DNA of 64,000 bases, from assembly GCF_009914755.1 (NCBI RefSeq), contig NC_060937.1. The stretch is one strand, 5' to 3'. Under the pieces are notes generated by a model. The model was not told where the DNA came from. It worked only from the letters and a program-made list of their open reading frames with translations, and searched no databases. The translations under genes were made by a program, and so were the position numbers. Shown one piece after another: positions 1 to 12,422 of this stretch. The DNA is from the human T2T-CHM13v2.0 reference genome, Homo sapiens. The first letter of the stretch is position 1; each line of letters starts with the position of its first letter.

Positions 1-1322
1 GAAAGATAAACATCAGAGGGAAGTCTTTTGGTTTGACAACAAAAAGCCCTGGACAATGAGAATCTTTTTTCTGATTAGTTTCATCAACACTTTATTCCTG
101 AAGTCAAGAAGTACCTTGCCAGTCAGGGACTTCCATTTAATGTTTTCTGATATTGGACAATGCTCCTGGACACTCAGAACCCCATGAGTTTAACACTGAA
201 GGTACTGAAGTAGTCTAGTTGCCCCCAAATATAGTATCTCAAATTCAGCCTCTAGATCAGGGACTCATAAGGACCTTTAAAGGCTTATTACGCATGGTAC
301 TCTATGGAAAGAATCATCAATGACAAAAAGAAGAACCCTGATAGAGAGAACAGCATAATAATCTGTGAAGATTACCCCATTGAAGATGCCATCCTTGTTA
401 TAGAAAAAGATATGAAAGCCATCAAGCCTGAAACAATAAATTCCTGCTGGAGAAAGCTATGTCCAGAGGTTGTGCATGACTTCATAGGATTTACAATGAG
501 ATAAGCGAGGAAATCATGAAAGAGATTGTGGCTATGACACACACAAAAAAGAGATGGGGAATGAAGGGTTTCAAGAATGCTGTTAGACACCACAAAAGAG
601 GAATTAGCAGAAGATGACTTGATGGAGATGAGTGCTTCCAAACCAGTGCCAGACAATGAAAAAGAAGGTTGTAAAAGAAGCAGCAGAAGCAGTGCCAGAA
701 AACAAATTGATGTTGGACAATCTGGCAGAAGAGTTAAGATTATTTAAGATTGCTTTTGACCTATTTTGGGAATGGACCGTTCTATAATATGGACACTAAA
801 ACTAAAACAAACGGGAAGAAGGATTGGTGCCATATATAGACATTTTTAGAGAAAAAAAGCAGAAGAGTCAGAAAGAAATCATGATGTATTTCCATAAAAT
901 TTCTCCAAGTGTGCCCACCCCTCCTACCTCTCCTATCACCTCCTCCATCTCTTCACTTCTACCACCCCTGAAATAGCAAGACTAGTTCCGCCTTTTCCTC
1001 CCCTTTATCATCCTACTCAATGTGAAGACTGTGAAGACACACACCTTCAAAATGATCCACCTCCACTTAATAAATAGTAAATATATTTTCTGTTCGTTAT
1101 GATTTTCTTAGTGATATTTCCTTTTCTCTGACTTACTTTATTTTATATGGTATAAATACATATAACATACAAAATATATGTAAATTGACTATGCTATTGA
1201 TAAGGCTTCTGGTCAACAGTTGGCTATTAGTAATTAAGTTTTGAGGGAGTCAAAAGTTATACACAAATCGTTGACCCTGCAGGGCATCCATACCCCTAAC
1301 CCCTATGCTAAGAGTCCGTTAT
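1..1322 (+). mobile_element. Tigger2 DNA transposon (TcMar-Tigger), 3' part with decayed DDE transposase
   Basis: Pogo-type DDE motifs LDNAPGH (~153-173) and LPPN..QIQPLDQG (~219-262). Tigger2/MER8-type 3' end 'aaggcttctggtcaacag...gggagtcaaaagttatac...cccctaacccc'. ORF 304-504 is a fragment of it. Confidence 0.85.
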
Positions 1323-2994
1323 AATGCTTAGAAATCAAATAAAATAAAGTCTAAAAAACTCCCATTAAGAATGACCAAGGAGTCACTAGGATAGGATTTT
1401 ATACGTTTCTAGGATTCTACCATGTTGCAAACCTTTATTTCCACTGCACTTTGGCTCTTTATCTTGTGCTCTTTTCATCTCTCAGAGTAGAAATGCTTTA
1501 CTCTCATTAAGGGAAGCTATATTTATATTTTGCCCTATCTTTTGACAGTTGATATCCTACATAATCAGATTTTCAATTTTTATTTCAAATTTTATTAAGA
1601 TGTTTTTGAAGACAAAGTTAATACCCTCAGCTGTTAAATTTTTCACCTACAATTATATCTACCATACCCCATAAAAAAATTGAGCTATAAAAGGCATGGC
1701 AGTTTTTCCTACATAACTTAGAAATGTAGGCATAACAAATCAACAATGTATTTGTAACTATGTTCTTCCTAGAACTGTTAGTTCTTAAACAGAGTCAAAA
1801 TGTTCAGATATTAGAAAGTAGTAGAACCAGCGGAAACTATTTTTTTCATATAGATGTCAAAATAACTGACTCACACCTTAGCTCCCCTCAATCTATGGCA
1901 ATTGCCCATTCCATTTCAAAGTGCCTTTGGAAAGTCTACCTCCACAGTGACTGAACTAAATGTCATAATATTTAGAGGCAGAAATTAATTCAATATGATT
2001 GTAAAGCAGTAATATTAGCAGAACATATTTATATATGATTCCTTCAAGAGGACCATAAGAATGACTACTATGGGCTCTCATACCATAAATAGAAAGGTAT
2101 TCTTTTATATTTTCATAATGCAAAGCCTTTAATAATGCTCTAGAAATAGAAAATAAACTTCCACTAGTCACTGTGTGAGAGAAGTTACAGATATATCAGA
2201 TATATCAAAAGTGTGTTCCTGCTTCTCATATATCAATATATATTTTTTACCTTTAGCAAGATTAACAACATTTTATCAACTTTAAGCCTTACCTTCTCAT
2301 GAAAGTCTTTTTTTTTCTGTTTACTCTTTACTCCCAATGCAGAGCTCATAAATTGTAATAATTTGAAGTTAAGCAATTTATGATTGCCATTTATTTTCAG
2401 GTCTCTTCTTCTATTCCATTACATGTGTAGGAGAATTGTATGTGTCCAATTCAATATGCTCATTTCAAAAGTCTGAGTTTAAAATGCAACCTCCCCTTCA
2501 TTTCTTATTTCTGTTTATCTGAGAAATTGCCCTTCTTTACAAATTTGGAATTAAAATATTCCTACAAAAGTCCAGATCTCAAATAAGGAAACAATCATCA
2601 CTAATGACGAGAGAAAGAATACAAATATTCTTTAAATGGTAATTACTATTTATATGTTTCATTTAGAATGAAAAGTATGGAATTTAGATTTGAAAACCAT
2701 AATTAATCTCACTTTTGCCAATTATTTTGTGATTCAGAAGTAAGCTTTTAATCACTTAACCTCAGTTACTAGATCTGCATAGCACATGATTTGCTACAAT
2801 TTAGGCATAAAGATTTATGGAAAATATTAGAGAAACATATGCTGTTATTGTTATTATTGATCTTTACATATCCTACTGTGTAAAGCATTACTACATTGTG
2901 ATTTTGTTAAAATTTAATTGACTACATTAAGTTTTTATTTTTAAAATTATAATAAAAATGTCTATACTTATGAAACAGTCTAAACGAGACACAG

Positions 2995-4085
2995 TAATAA
3001 TAATACTTGCAATGCTTAAACAGCTTACACCATGAAAGACATCATTCTGTATGCCTTATATATAATTTTCCAATTAACATTTGCAACAATTTTCTAAGGT
3101 ATGTATTTTTGTTTTTAATTGACAAAAATTTTATATATATGGTGTACATAATGTTTTGACATATGCATACATTGTGGAATGGCTAGATCAAACTAATTAA
3201 CATATACCTTGTTTTTAAAAATGGGCCATGGACCTGAATAGACATTTTTCAAAAATAAAAAGACATATACATTTGACCAACAGGTATATGAAAATGTCCA
3301 ACATCCCTAATTATCAAGTAATTACAAATTAAACTATGAGATATCACCTTACATCTATTAGAATGGCTTTTATCAAAAGGTCAAAATTTAAAGTGTTGAA
3401 CAGGATGTGGATAAAAGGGAACCTTAGTATATTGTTGGTGAGAATATAAATTAATAGAGCCATTATGGAAAACAGTATGGGTATTCCTCAAAAATTATAA
3501 CTACCATTTGATTCAACAATTCCTACTGGGTATATATGCAAAGGATTTGAAATCAGTATGTTGAAGAGATAGCTGCACTCCCATTTTCACTGCATTATGT
3601 ACAATAGCCAAAATGTGGAATCAACCTAAGTGTTCATCAACAGACGAATCTATAAAGAAAATGTGTCACATGTATTCAATGGAATACAATTCAGCCTTTA
3701 AATAAGAAGGAAATTTTGTCATTTGAGACATCATGGATGAACCTGGAGGGCATATGTTAAGTGAAATAAGCTAGGCACAGAAAAAGTAATACCACATGAT
3801 GTCACTTATATAGTCTAAAAACCACTAACTCATAGAAGCAGAGTAGAATAATGGTTCCCTGGGGCTGTGGGCTGGGAGGATTGGGAAAATAATGAGTAAG
3901 GGGTACAAAATTTGAGTTAGACAAGAGGGATAAGATTGAGAGATTTGTTGTGCAACATGGTGAACTCAACATGAAAAAATGAGGTATATGTTTTATCATC
4001 TTTTTGTGAATAAACCAATGCAAAAAATGTTTAAGTAATGTGCTCAAGACTAGTAATTATCGTACATAGGTTTGGCATATATAGG
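2995..4085 (-). repeat. MIR SINE split by an L1MA insertion (MIR pieces ~2995-3104 and ~3975-4085)
   Basis: The two flanks match consecutive parts of the antisense MIR consensus (caacaa...aggta | ttatc...ttaagtaa..gctcaag). Confidence 0.55.
3105..3966 (-). mobile_element. 5'-truncated, 5'-inverted L1MA (about L1MA4-8)
   Basis: 3105-3209 is the L1MA 3' terminus and tail on the minus strand. 3210-3966 is ORF2 end/3'UTR on the plus strand. Confidence 0.85.
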
Positions 4086-5555
4086 CTGAAATAAAATTAT
4101 CTGCTTTAAATTACAGCATTCCATTCTCTGACTATTATAAATATTGTTGTGTTTGTATGGGTCATTTCAGAAAAAAAATTAAAGTACAGATTTTTAAAAA
4201 CTTTTTGCTGCTCAATTGAGAGGAAAAAACAAACTTGTTTTCAGAGCAATTTGTTTGCCTGAATAAATATTTTATTTCACACAGCCAGCTTCATTTTTAA
4301 GAGTTTCATAAAATATGTGTTAAAAAATAAAATGCCCTAATTTTTTATTTACTTGCTGTAGGAACAGCAGACATCTTTTAACTGTACCTCATATTATCCT
4401 TTCAAGAAATAGATATGCTATTTGAAGTAGAACTTGCTAGAGTAATTAAACATTAATTCTAAATTTTAAAACAAATCATATAATAAAATTTGCTTACAGA
4501 AAGGATCTTTAGCCTATTCTGCAAAATTATCCTGCTTTTAATAAACAACAAATTTGTGAGATAATATAATACATTATGGAACAAATTTACTTCATTTTCT
4601 CTGCCATGCTTACATTTACAACTACTCTATTAGATAAAGAGAAGAGATTCATAAGAGGAGAGAACTGGCAATAAATTTTATTCCATAGAAGGGATGCACT
4701 AATGTGCCATTTAAATGCTGCATTAACATTCTATGAATTGGGACTAAGACAATTATTGTCTGCCAGCCACAACAAAGAAGACAGGTCAATACTGTTTTTT
4801 CCCTTTTAGTTTTGTTTTTATTGCCTTGTTGTATGCTGGAGTTGAAAAAACAAGCTTTTAAGAAATTTGTTAGCTCATTAAGCATAGACTATTCTTGTAA
4901 ATCAGAGTTTAAAAAAACCTGAAATATAAAATTCTTTGAGCCATAAATACATTATGCCCTTAGGAAATTTGCTTTGTACTATGTATACTTCTTGTTTTCA
5001 GTGAAAATATAACATGGAGCTATGGTAATTTCAACACCTTAGAAAGGTTTGATCAAAGATTTTAAGAAACAGCAAATAAATCTGAGTGCAGAAATATTCC
5101 TAACATGTCAACTAACATTTTATGCTCCCATGCATAAATTTATAATTCTATATCTTTCACTTTAGACACATTTATCATCCATTCTGAATGCTGGTGTTTT
5201 ACCTTCAATTGCCATTTTTAATAATTTACATTTCCTTTGAGTATTACTATATCTATTAATCCACAATTGCAATCTCATTATGAACCAAGCATATTGTTAG
5301 GCAGTGGAAAGACAGCAACTCATTAAAGACAAATGTCAAGAACCTAAAAATGTAGAAAAATTGGAAAACAACCATGATTATCCAATTTGCAGTGTTATGA
5401 CAGAGACAGAGACATGTACTGAGTGCTTGGCGAACACACATGTTGACTACTCCCTGTCAGCTTATTCAATGATATAATATGTGCAACTGCATCGATGTCT
5501 TTTTGGTCATTTTAATGAATTATGCAAACATGTATCATTATTATTTATTATTCCC

Positions 5556-6123
5556 TATGGTAAAGATAATTCTGAGATGACTCCTACTGACCCATATCTT
5601 TGTGCAACTCACTCCCCTTTAGTGTGGCAAGGACTTGTAACTTTTTCCTAAGCAATAGGACATAGCAAAGCTGATGGGCTATCACTCCTGAAATCATGTT
5701 ATATTATATGGCAGAGGTGAAAAGATTTTACTGATACAATTAGGACCTCTAATCATTTGCCTCTAAGTTATTCAAAAGGCAAGTTTCCTGGCTAAATCTT
5801 ATCTAATCAAATGAGCACTATATAAGAGGGTCTGGATATCAGAGATAGAAGATATTAAAGGTTTCTTCTTCCCTGCTGTCCTGAAAGAGCCAAGCCATAT
5901 GTTATAAAGCTGCAAGAAAATGAATTTTGCCCACATCCACATAAGCGTGGAATAGAACTGTATTTAGGATCACAGTTTTAGTAGACACCTTGATTGCAGC
6001 ATAGTTAGACCCTGAACGTAGGAGCACTTAAGCAGTTTCTAGACTCCTGACTATGAAATAATAAATGTCATTTTAATCTGCCAAATTTGTGATAATTTAT
6101 TAGGTAGTAATAGAGATCTAACA
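5556..6123 (+). mobile_element. MLT1E/F-type MaLR LTR
   Basis: Starts 'tggtaaagataattctgagatgactcc' and ends 'gccaaatttgtgataatttattaggtagtaatagagatctaaca', the MLT1 terminal pattern. Confidence 0.7.
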
Positions 6124-6124
6124 C

Positions 6125-6550
6125 GTTTACCAACTTATTTTTAGTCCATGTTGTAGAGGAAGTGTACACTAAGAATTAAGAAAGAAGAAAGGTAAATAAG
6201 GCACAGTTCCCGACCAGGATGACTTTATGTTCTAGTTGGGCAAATAAGACAGTACTTGTATATAATGTGATTGAATAAGTGGATACAAAGATTAAAATGG
6301 ATTAATTTAAACAATGTGATGAATGCTTTAAAAGCAATACAAATAAAGTGGTTTGATAAAGCACTGGTAAAAGAGATAACTTGGATACCATGGGAAATCA
6401 AGTGAGGTATCATTTTAACTAAGCACTGACAGGTGGTACATGCAAAGTCTGTGCTGGGGAGAAGAAAGAGTTCCAGAAGGTCACAGTAAATTGAGGGCAC
6501 TCTTAGAGATGAGAAATCTCTTCTCAAGCTCAATTGGAGCGGCACTGAAT
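6125..6550 (-). mobile_element. L2 LINE 3' fragment
   Basis: 'aaataaggcacagttccc...tttatgttctagttggg' resembles the antisense L2 3' region. Confidence 0.5.
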
Positions 6551-6909
6551 TAGACTACGTGACCCACATATGTAAATAAGAAAGGTTAATGGTGGAAAGG
6601 AAAAGGGCCCCAGATCCCTTATGTTCCTAAGTGAAAACCTAACTAAGATAGTTTTTATTACATAGGTAATGGAGAATATTAGAGTTAGCACTCTCCAACA
6701 TTAATTGTATTACAGTCGAGTGTCCCATTCTTTATTCTGAAGCCTCAGTTCTACTTAAGAGTTAGTTCACCATCCTTTCCTTCTGGTTATGATATTCTCC
6801 TCATTTGTCAAAGTCATGCTGCAAATATATGATGATCAAGTGATTCTGTGGTGAGTCTTCCTCCTCTCAATTCCCTTTTCCATTAATTTCACCCTTAAAT
6901 ACATGATTG

Positions 6910-9320
6910 GCACATAACTTATTTTGTTTCAACATGAAACAACATTGCAGTGAATATCTGTACACCCACAATCTAAAATCTAGCATTCCATGATACTTGT
7001 TTTATTATGTATCTATCTATTCCAATGTTTGTTCACCAATCCGTCAGAGTTTTTTGATACATTTTAATGTAAATTGCAGCCATTATGACTACCCCACCTC
7101 CACCAATATTTTAGCCTCCATGTCTTTAGCTAGGGTTTAAAAATTCTTTGCTGTCTTTTTCTTTTCATATAAAATGTAAAAACAAAAATGCACTGTGGTG
7201 GATTTAATTTACATGAATCATTTTATGTGTCAATCTGCCTAGGCCACAGTGCCCAGATATTTGGTCAAATACTACACTGGATGATTCTGGAAAGGCATAT
7301 TTTTGATGAGATTAACATATAAACCAGTAGACTTTCAGTAAAGCAGGTTACCCTCCTTAATGTGGCTTGGCCTAATCCAATCAGTTGGAGACCGTAAGAG
7401 AAAAAAGACTGACATCAACTGAAGAGGAAATTTTGACAGTAAACTGTCATCTTTTAATTCTAGCTGCAATATCAACTCTTCCCTGGGTCTCCCACCTACC
7501 AGCCTACCCCACAATTATTTGAGTGTATTCCTTAAAATCTCTCTTTCTCTCTCTCCAATATATTTGTGCATATATTATTCAGGGTTCTCCAGGGAAATAG
7601 AACCGATATGATGGAGAGAAATTGGTTTTATTTCTCTGGTGAATCTTGACTAGTCTATGCACAAATCTTACATTCCTTTGTCAATGGTGTTGAAGATCTT
7701 TTCATGCACTTATTGCTCACTTGCTTTTCTTTGAAGTGCCTACTAAAATCTTTGACTATTTCATTTTCTTTTGTTTTCCCTTTTTATTGAGTTGTAGGAG
7801 TCCTTTGTATTTATTGGATACCAGTCATTTGTCAGATGTATATTTTGCAAATAAATTCTTCCATTCTGTGGCTTGATTATTTATTATCTTTCTGGCAATG
7901 TGTGATGAGGAGAAGTTTTTTCTTTGAGTAATTTTAATCACTGTTTTCTTCCATTATCTTTTGGTTATGGCACTATGTGACCTAACTAGAATCTTTTCAC
8001 TAGCCCCAGGCTACAATAATATTCTCTCATGTTTCTTTTTAAAAAGTTGTATGGTTTTAACTATTATAATTAGGTCTATGATCAATATCAAATTATATTT
8101 TGTATATAATATGAAATAAGGAGTTCAAATTTCCATTTTTGCCCACATAGATATCCAGTGACTCCAGAAACATTTGTTTAAAATTTTGCCTCTCCCACTG
8201 GATTATTTTGGCAACTTCTTAGGGAAAAAAAAATATTGTATGAGGTAATTGATATATAATTTCTGGGTTCTCTTCTGTTCATTTCTATATCTGAAATTTG
8301 TAAAGCTAATTCTACATTGTAGTAACTATTGTACTTTATAGTCGGTCTTGATGTCAAATAGTTTTCTAAATTTTATTGATTTTTAAGGTTGCAGAGGATA
8401 TTCTTCAATGCTGTAAATTTTATATAAATCTAAGAATATGCTTGTATTAATTTTAATAGATTGTATTTTGCCAGAAATTTGTCCATTGTGACTAAGTACT
8501 ATTGGCATAAAGTTGTTCATAATATTGTTCCAGTATCTTTTTAATGTTTGCAGTTTCTGTCTGATAACGCCTCTTTTGTTCTTGATATTGTTGGCTTGTG
8601 TTGTCTCTCTTATTTTCTTGATCCATCTAGTTTTGAGGTTGTTAATTTTGTTGATCTTTTTTCATAGAACCAGGTTTTGACTTTACTTTTGTTCCATTAT
8701 CTATGTTTTTGAGATGTTAATTTAAGATCTTATTTTATTAATCTCCTTTCCTATATCTGTTTTGATTTTAGTTTGCTCTCCTTTATCTAATCTTTAAATG
8801 TGGAAGATTAGTGAATTTATCTTTTTAATTATAAAAGACAAGCTTATCTTTTATAAGACAAAAGATTAGTGAATTTATCTTTTGAAATGTAATTGTAAAA
8901 ATAAAACCAAAAATATCCTCTGAAGCACTAAATTAGCTTTATATCAAAAACGATGATATTTATTTTCATTATGATTCAGGTAAAACTATTCCTAATTTCC
9001 CTTCTACTTTCTCCTAGATCCACGGATTGTTTAGATATTTATTATTTAATTCCTTAAATGTTTGCTATTTTGCTAACTGTCTTCTCAGTATTTATGTATA
9101 GTTTAACTCTATTGTGGTTAGAATGTATGTTTGATTCCAGTCATTTTAATTACTATTTAGGCCAGGATATGGTTACTCTGTAATAAATATACCAGATATA
9201 ATTTAAAAACGTGAATTTTACAGTTGTTGAGTATAGTATTCCATAAATACTAATTATATAATTATGGTTGATAATGTTGCTCAGGCAATCTACATATTTG
9301 CTGTTTTTTTGTGTAGTTTG
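6910..9320 (-). mobile_element. Old L1M (L1MC/ME-type) 3'UTR and ORF2 remnant, host to later insertions
   Basis: T-rich antisense L1 ORF2 tracts, e.g. 'tattggataccagtcatttgtcagatgtatattttgcaaat' and 'ggcataaagttgttcataatatt'. Confidence 0.75.
7194..7657 (+). mobile_element. MLT2 (MLT2C/D) ERVL solo LTR with 5-bp TSD tgcac
   Basis: 'ttttatgtgtcaatctgcctaggccacagtgcccagatatttggtcaaa' and end 'tttctctggtgaatcttgactagtcta'. TSD tgcac at 7189-7193 and 7658-7662. Confidence 0.85.
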
Positions 9321-9875
9321 TTGATTCTCAAAGTGTAATCCAGGTAGTCCTGGGGCCACCAAGAACCCTCAAAGATCCATGCAGCAAGCGTGCAAGATAG
9401 AATGATGAGTTTCAATGTAGAAGCATATGAAAGTTTACTAATATGGATTCATTTTTCATGTTAAAATTGAGCTTTAGTTTACCAAACTAATCAAGTTATG
9501 ATGTGGTATCAAAAAGATACTACCTTACCTGAAATACTTACTAAAATATTCCTCCATTTATAAGCATCATATGTATCTAAGCCAAGTTTTTCTTTATACA
9601 CAACCAACGAAACAATGTATTGCAACAGATTAAATGCAGAAGCTGATATGATAATCCATTCATCCTTTTTTTTTTGTTATTATACTTTAAGTTTTAGGGT
9701 ACATGGGCACAACGTGCAGCTTTGTTACATAGGTATACATGTGCCATGTTGGTTTGCTGCACCCATTAAGTCATCATTAAGTATTTCTCCTAATGCTATC
9801 CCTCCCCCTGCCCCCACTCCATGACAGGCCCTGGGGTATGATGTTCCCCGCCCTGTGTCCAAGTGTTCTCATTGT

Positions 9876-12107
9876 TCAGTTCCCACCTATGAATGAGAAC
9901 ATGCAGTGTTTTGTTTTCTGTCCTTGTGATAGTTTACTCAGAATGATGGTTTCCAGCTGCATCCATGTCCCTGCAAAGGACATGAACTCATCCTTTTTTA
10001 TGGCTGCATAGTATTCCATGGTATATATGTGCCACATTTTCTTAATCCAGTCTATCATTGATGGACATTTGGGTTGGTTCCAAGTCTTTGCTATTGTGGT
10101 TAGTGCTGCAATAAGCATAGGTATGCATGTGTCTTTATAGTAGCATGATTTATAATCCTTTGGGTATATACCCACTAATGGGATCGCTGGGTAAAATGGT
10201 ATTTCTAGTTCTAGATCCTTGAGGACTCACCACACTGCCTTCCACAATGGTTGAACTAGTTTACACTCCCACCAACAGTGTAAAAGCATTCCTTTTCTCC
10301 ACATCCTCTGCCACATCTGTTTTTTCCTGACTTTTTAATGATTGCCATTCTAACTGGTGTGAGATAGTATCTCATTGTGGCTTTGATTTGCATTTCTGTG
10401 ATGACCACTGATGATGAGCATTTTTTCATGTGTCTGTTGGCTGCATAAATGTCTTTTTTTGAGAAGTGTCTGTTCATACCCTTTGTCCAGTTTTTGATGG
10501 GGTTGTTTTTTCTTGTAAATTTGCTTATGTTCTTTGTAGATTCTGGATATTAGCCCTTTGTCAGATGGGTAGATTGCAAAAATTTTCTCCCATTCTATAT
10601 GTTGCCTGTTAACTCTGATGGTAGTTTCTTTTGCTGTGCAGAAGCTCTTTAGCTTAATTAGATCCCATTTGTCTATTTTGGCTTTTCTTGCCATTGCTTT
10701 TGGTGTTTTAGTCATGAAGTCCTTTCCCATCCCTATGTCCTGAATGTTATTGCCTGTGTTTTCTTCTAGGGTTTTTATGGTTTTAGGTCTAACATTTAAG
10801 TCTTTAATCCATCTTGAATTAATTTCTGTAGAAGGTGTAAGGAAGGGATCCAGTTTCAGCTTTCTACATATGGCTAGCCAGTTTTCCCGGCACCATTTAT
10901 TAAATAGGGAATCCTTTCCCCATTTCTTGTTTTTGTTAGGTTCATCAAAGATCAGATGGTTGTAGATGTGTGGTGTTATTTCTGAGGCCTCTGTTCTGTT
11001 CCATTGGTCTATATATCTGTTTTGGTACCAGTACCATGCTGTTTTGGTTACTATAGCCTTGTAGTATAGTTTGAAGTCAGGTAGCATGATGCCTCCAGCT
11101 TTGTTCTTTTTGCTTAGAATTGTCTTGGCAATGCAGCCTGTTTTTTGGTTCCAAATGAACTGTAAAGTAGTTTTTCCAATTCTGTGAAGAAAGTCATTGG
11201 TAACTTGATGGGGATGGCACTGAATCTATAAATTACCTTGGACATTTTGTCCATTTTCATGATATTGACTCTTCCTATCCATGATCATGGAATGTTCTTC
11301 CATTTGTTTGGGTACATTTTTATTTCGTTAAGCAGTGGTTTGTAGTTCTGCTTGAAGAGGTCCTTTGCATCCCTTGTAAGTTGGATTCCTAGGTATTTTA
11401 TTCTCTTTGTAGCAACTGTGAATAGCAGTTCACTTATGATTTGTCTCTCTGTTTGTCTGTTCTTGGTGTATAGGAATGCTTGTGATTTTTGCAGATTGAT
11501 TTTGTATCCTGAGACTTTGCTAAAGTTGCTTATCAGCTTAAGGAGATTTTGGGCTGAGACGATGGGGTTTTCTAAATACACAATCATGTCATCTGCCAAC
11601 AAGGGCAATTTTAATTCCTCTTTTCCTAATTGAATACCTTTTATTTATTTCTCTTGCCTGATTGCCCTGGCCGCAACTTCCAACACTATATTAAATAGGA
11701 GTGGTAAGACAGGGCATCCCTGTCTTGTGCCAGTTTTCAAAGGGAATGCTTCCAGTTTTTGCCCATTCAGTATGATATTAGCTGTGGGTTTGTCATTCAT
11801 AACTCTTATTATTTTGAGATACATTCCATCAATACCTAGCTTATTGAGAGTTTTTAGCAGGAAGGGCTACTGAATTTTGTCAAAGGACTTTTCTGCATCT
11901 ATTGAGATAATCTTGTGGTTTTTGTCATTGGTTCTGTCACTTGCTTTGTGAACCTGGGTGCTCCTGTATTGGGTGCATATATATTTAGGATAGTTAGCTC
12001 TTCTTGTTGAATTGAGCCCTTTACCATTATGTAATGGCCTTCTTTGTCTCTTTTGATCTTTGTTGGTTTAAAATCTGTTTTAACAGAGACTAGGATTGCA
12101 ACCCCTG

Positions 12108-12157
<50 letters not shown>

Positions 12158-12359
12158 TTCCATTTGCTTGGTAGATCTTCCTCCATCCCTTTATTTTGAG
12201 CCTATTTGTGTCTCTGCATGTGAGATGGGTCTTCTGAATATAGCACACTGATGGATCTTGACTCTTTATCCAATTTGCCAGTCTGTGCCTTTTAATTGGG
12301 GCATTTAGTCCATTTACATTTAAGGTTAATATTGTTATATGGGAATTTGATCCTGTCAT
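9876..12359 (-). pseudogene. Disrupted L1 ORF2 (endonuclease/reverse transcriptase)
   Basis: Fragments [32 protein letters not shown] and [10 protein letters not shown]...QWNR lie in different frames. Confidence 0.93.
12109..12154 (+). repeat. T46 homopolymer (expanded internal A-tract of the L1 endonuclease region)
   Basis: 46 consecutive T between 'acccctgc' and 'gctttccatttgc'. Confidence 0.95.
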
Positions 12360-12422
12360 TATGATGTTAGCTGGTTATTTTGCTCATTAGTTGATGCAGT
12401 TTCTTCCTAGCATCAATGGTCT

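Noticed and set aside
11925-11950. L1 internal deletion as a spliced integrated retrotransposon
   Set aside because: The candidate GT and AG are both retained and one extra base is present, which does not fit canonical intron removal.
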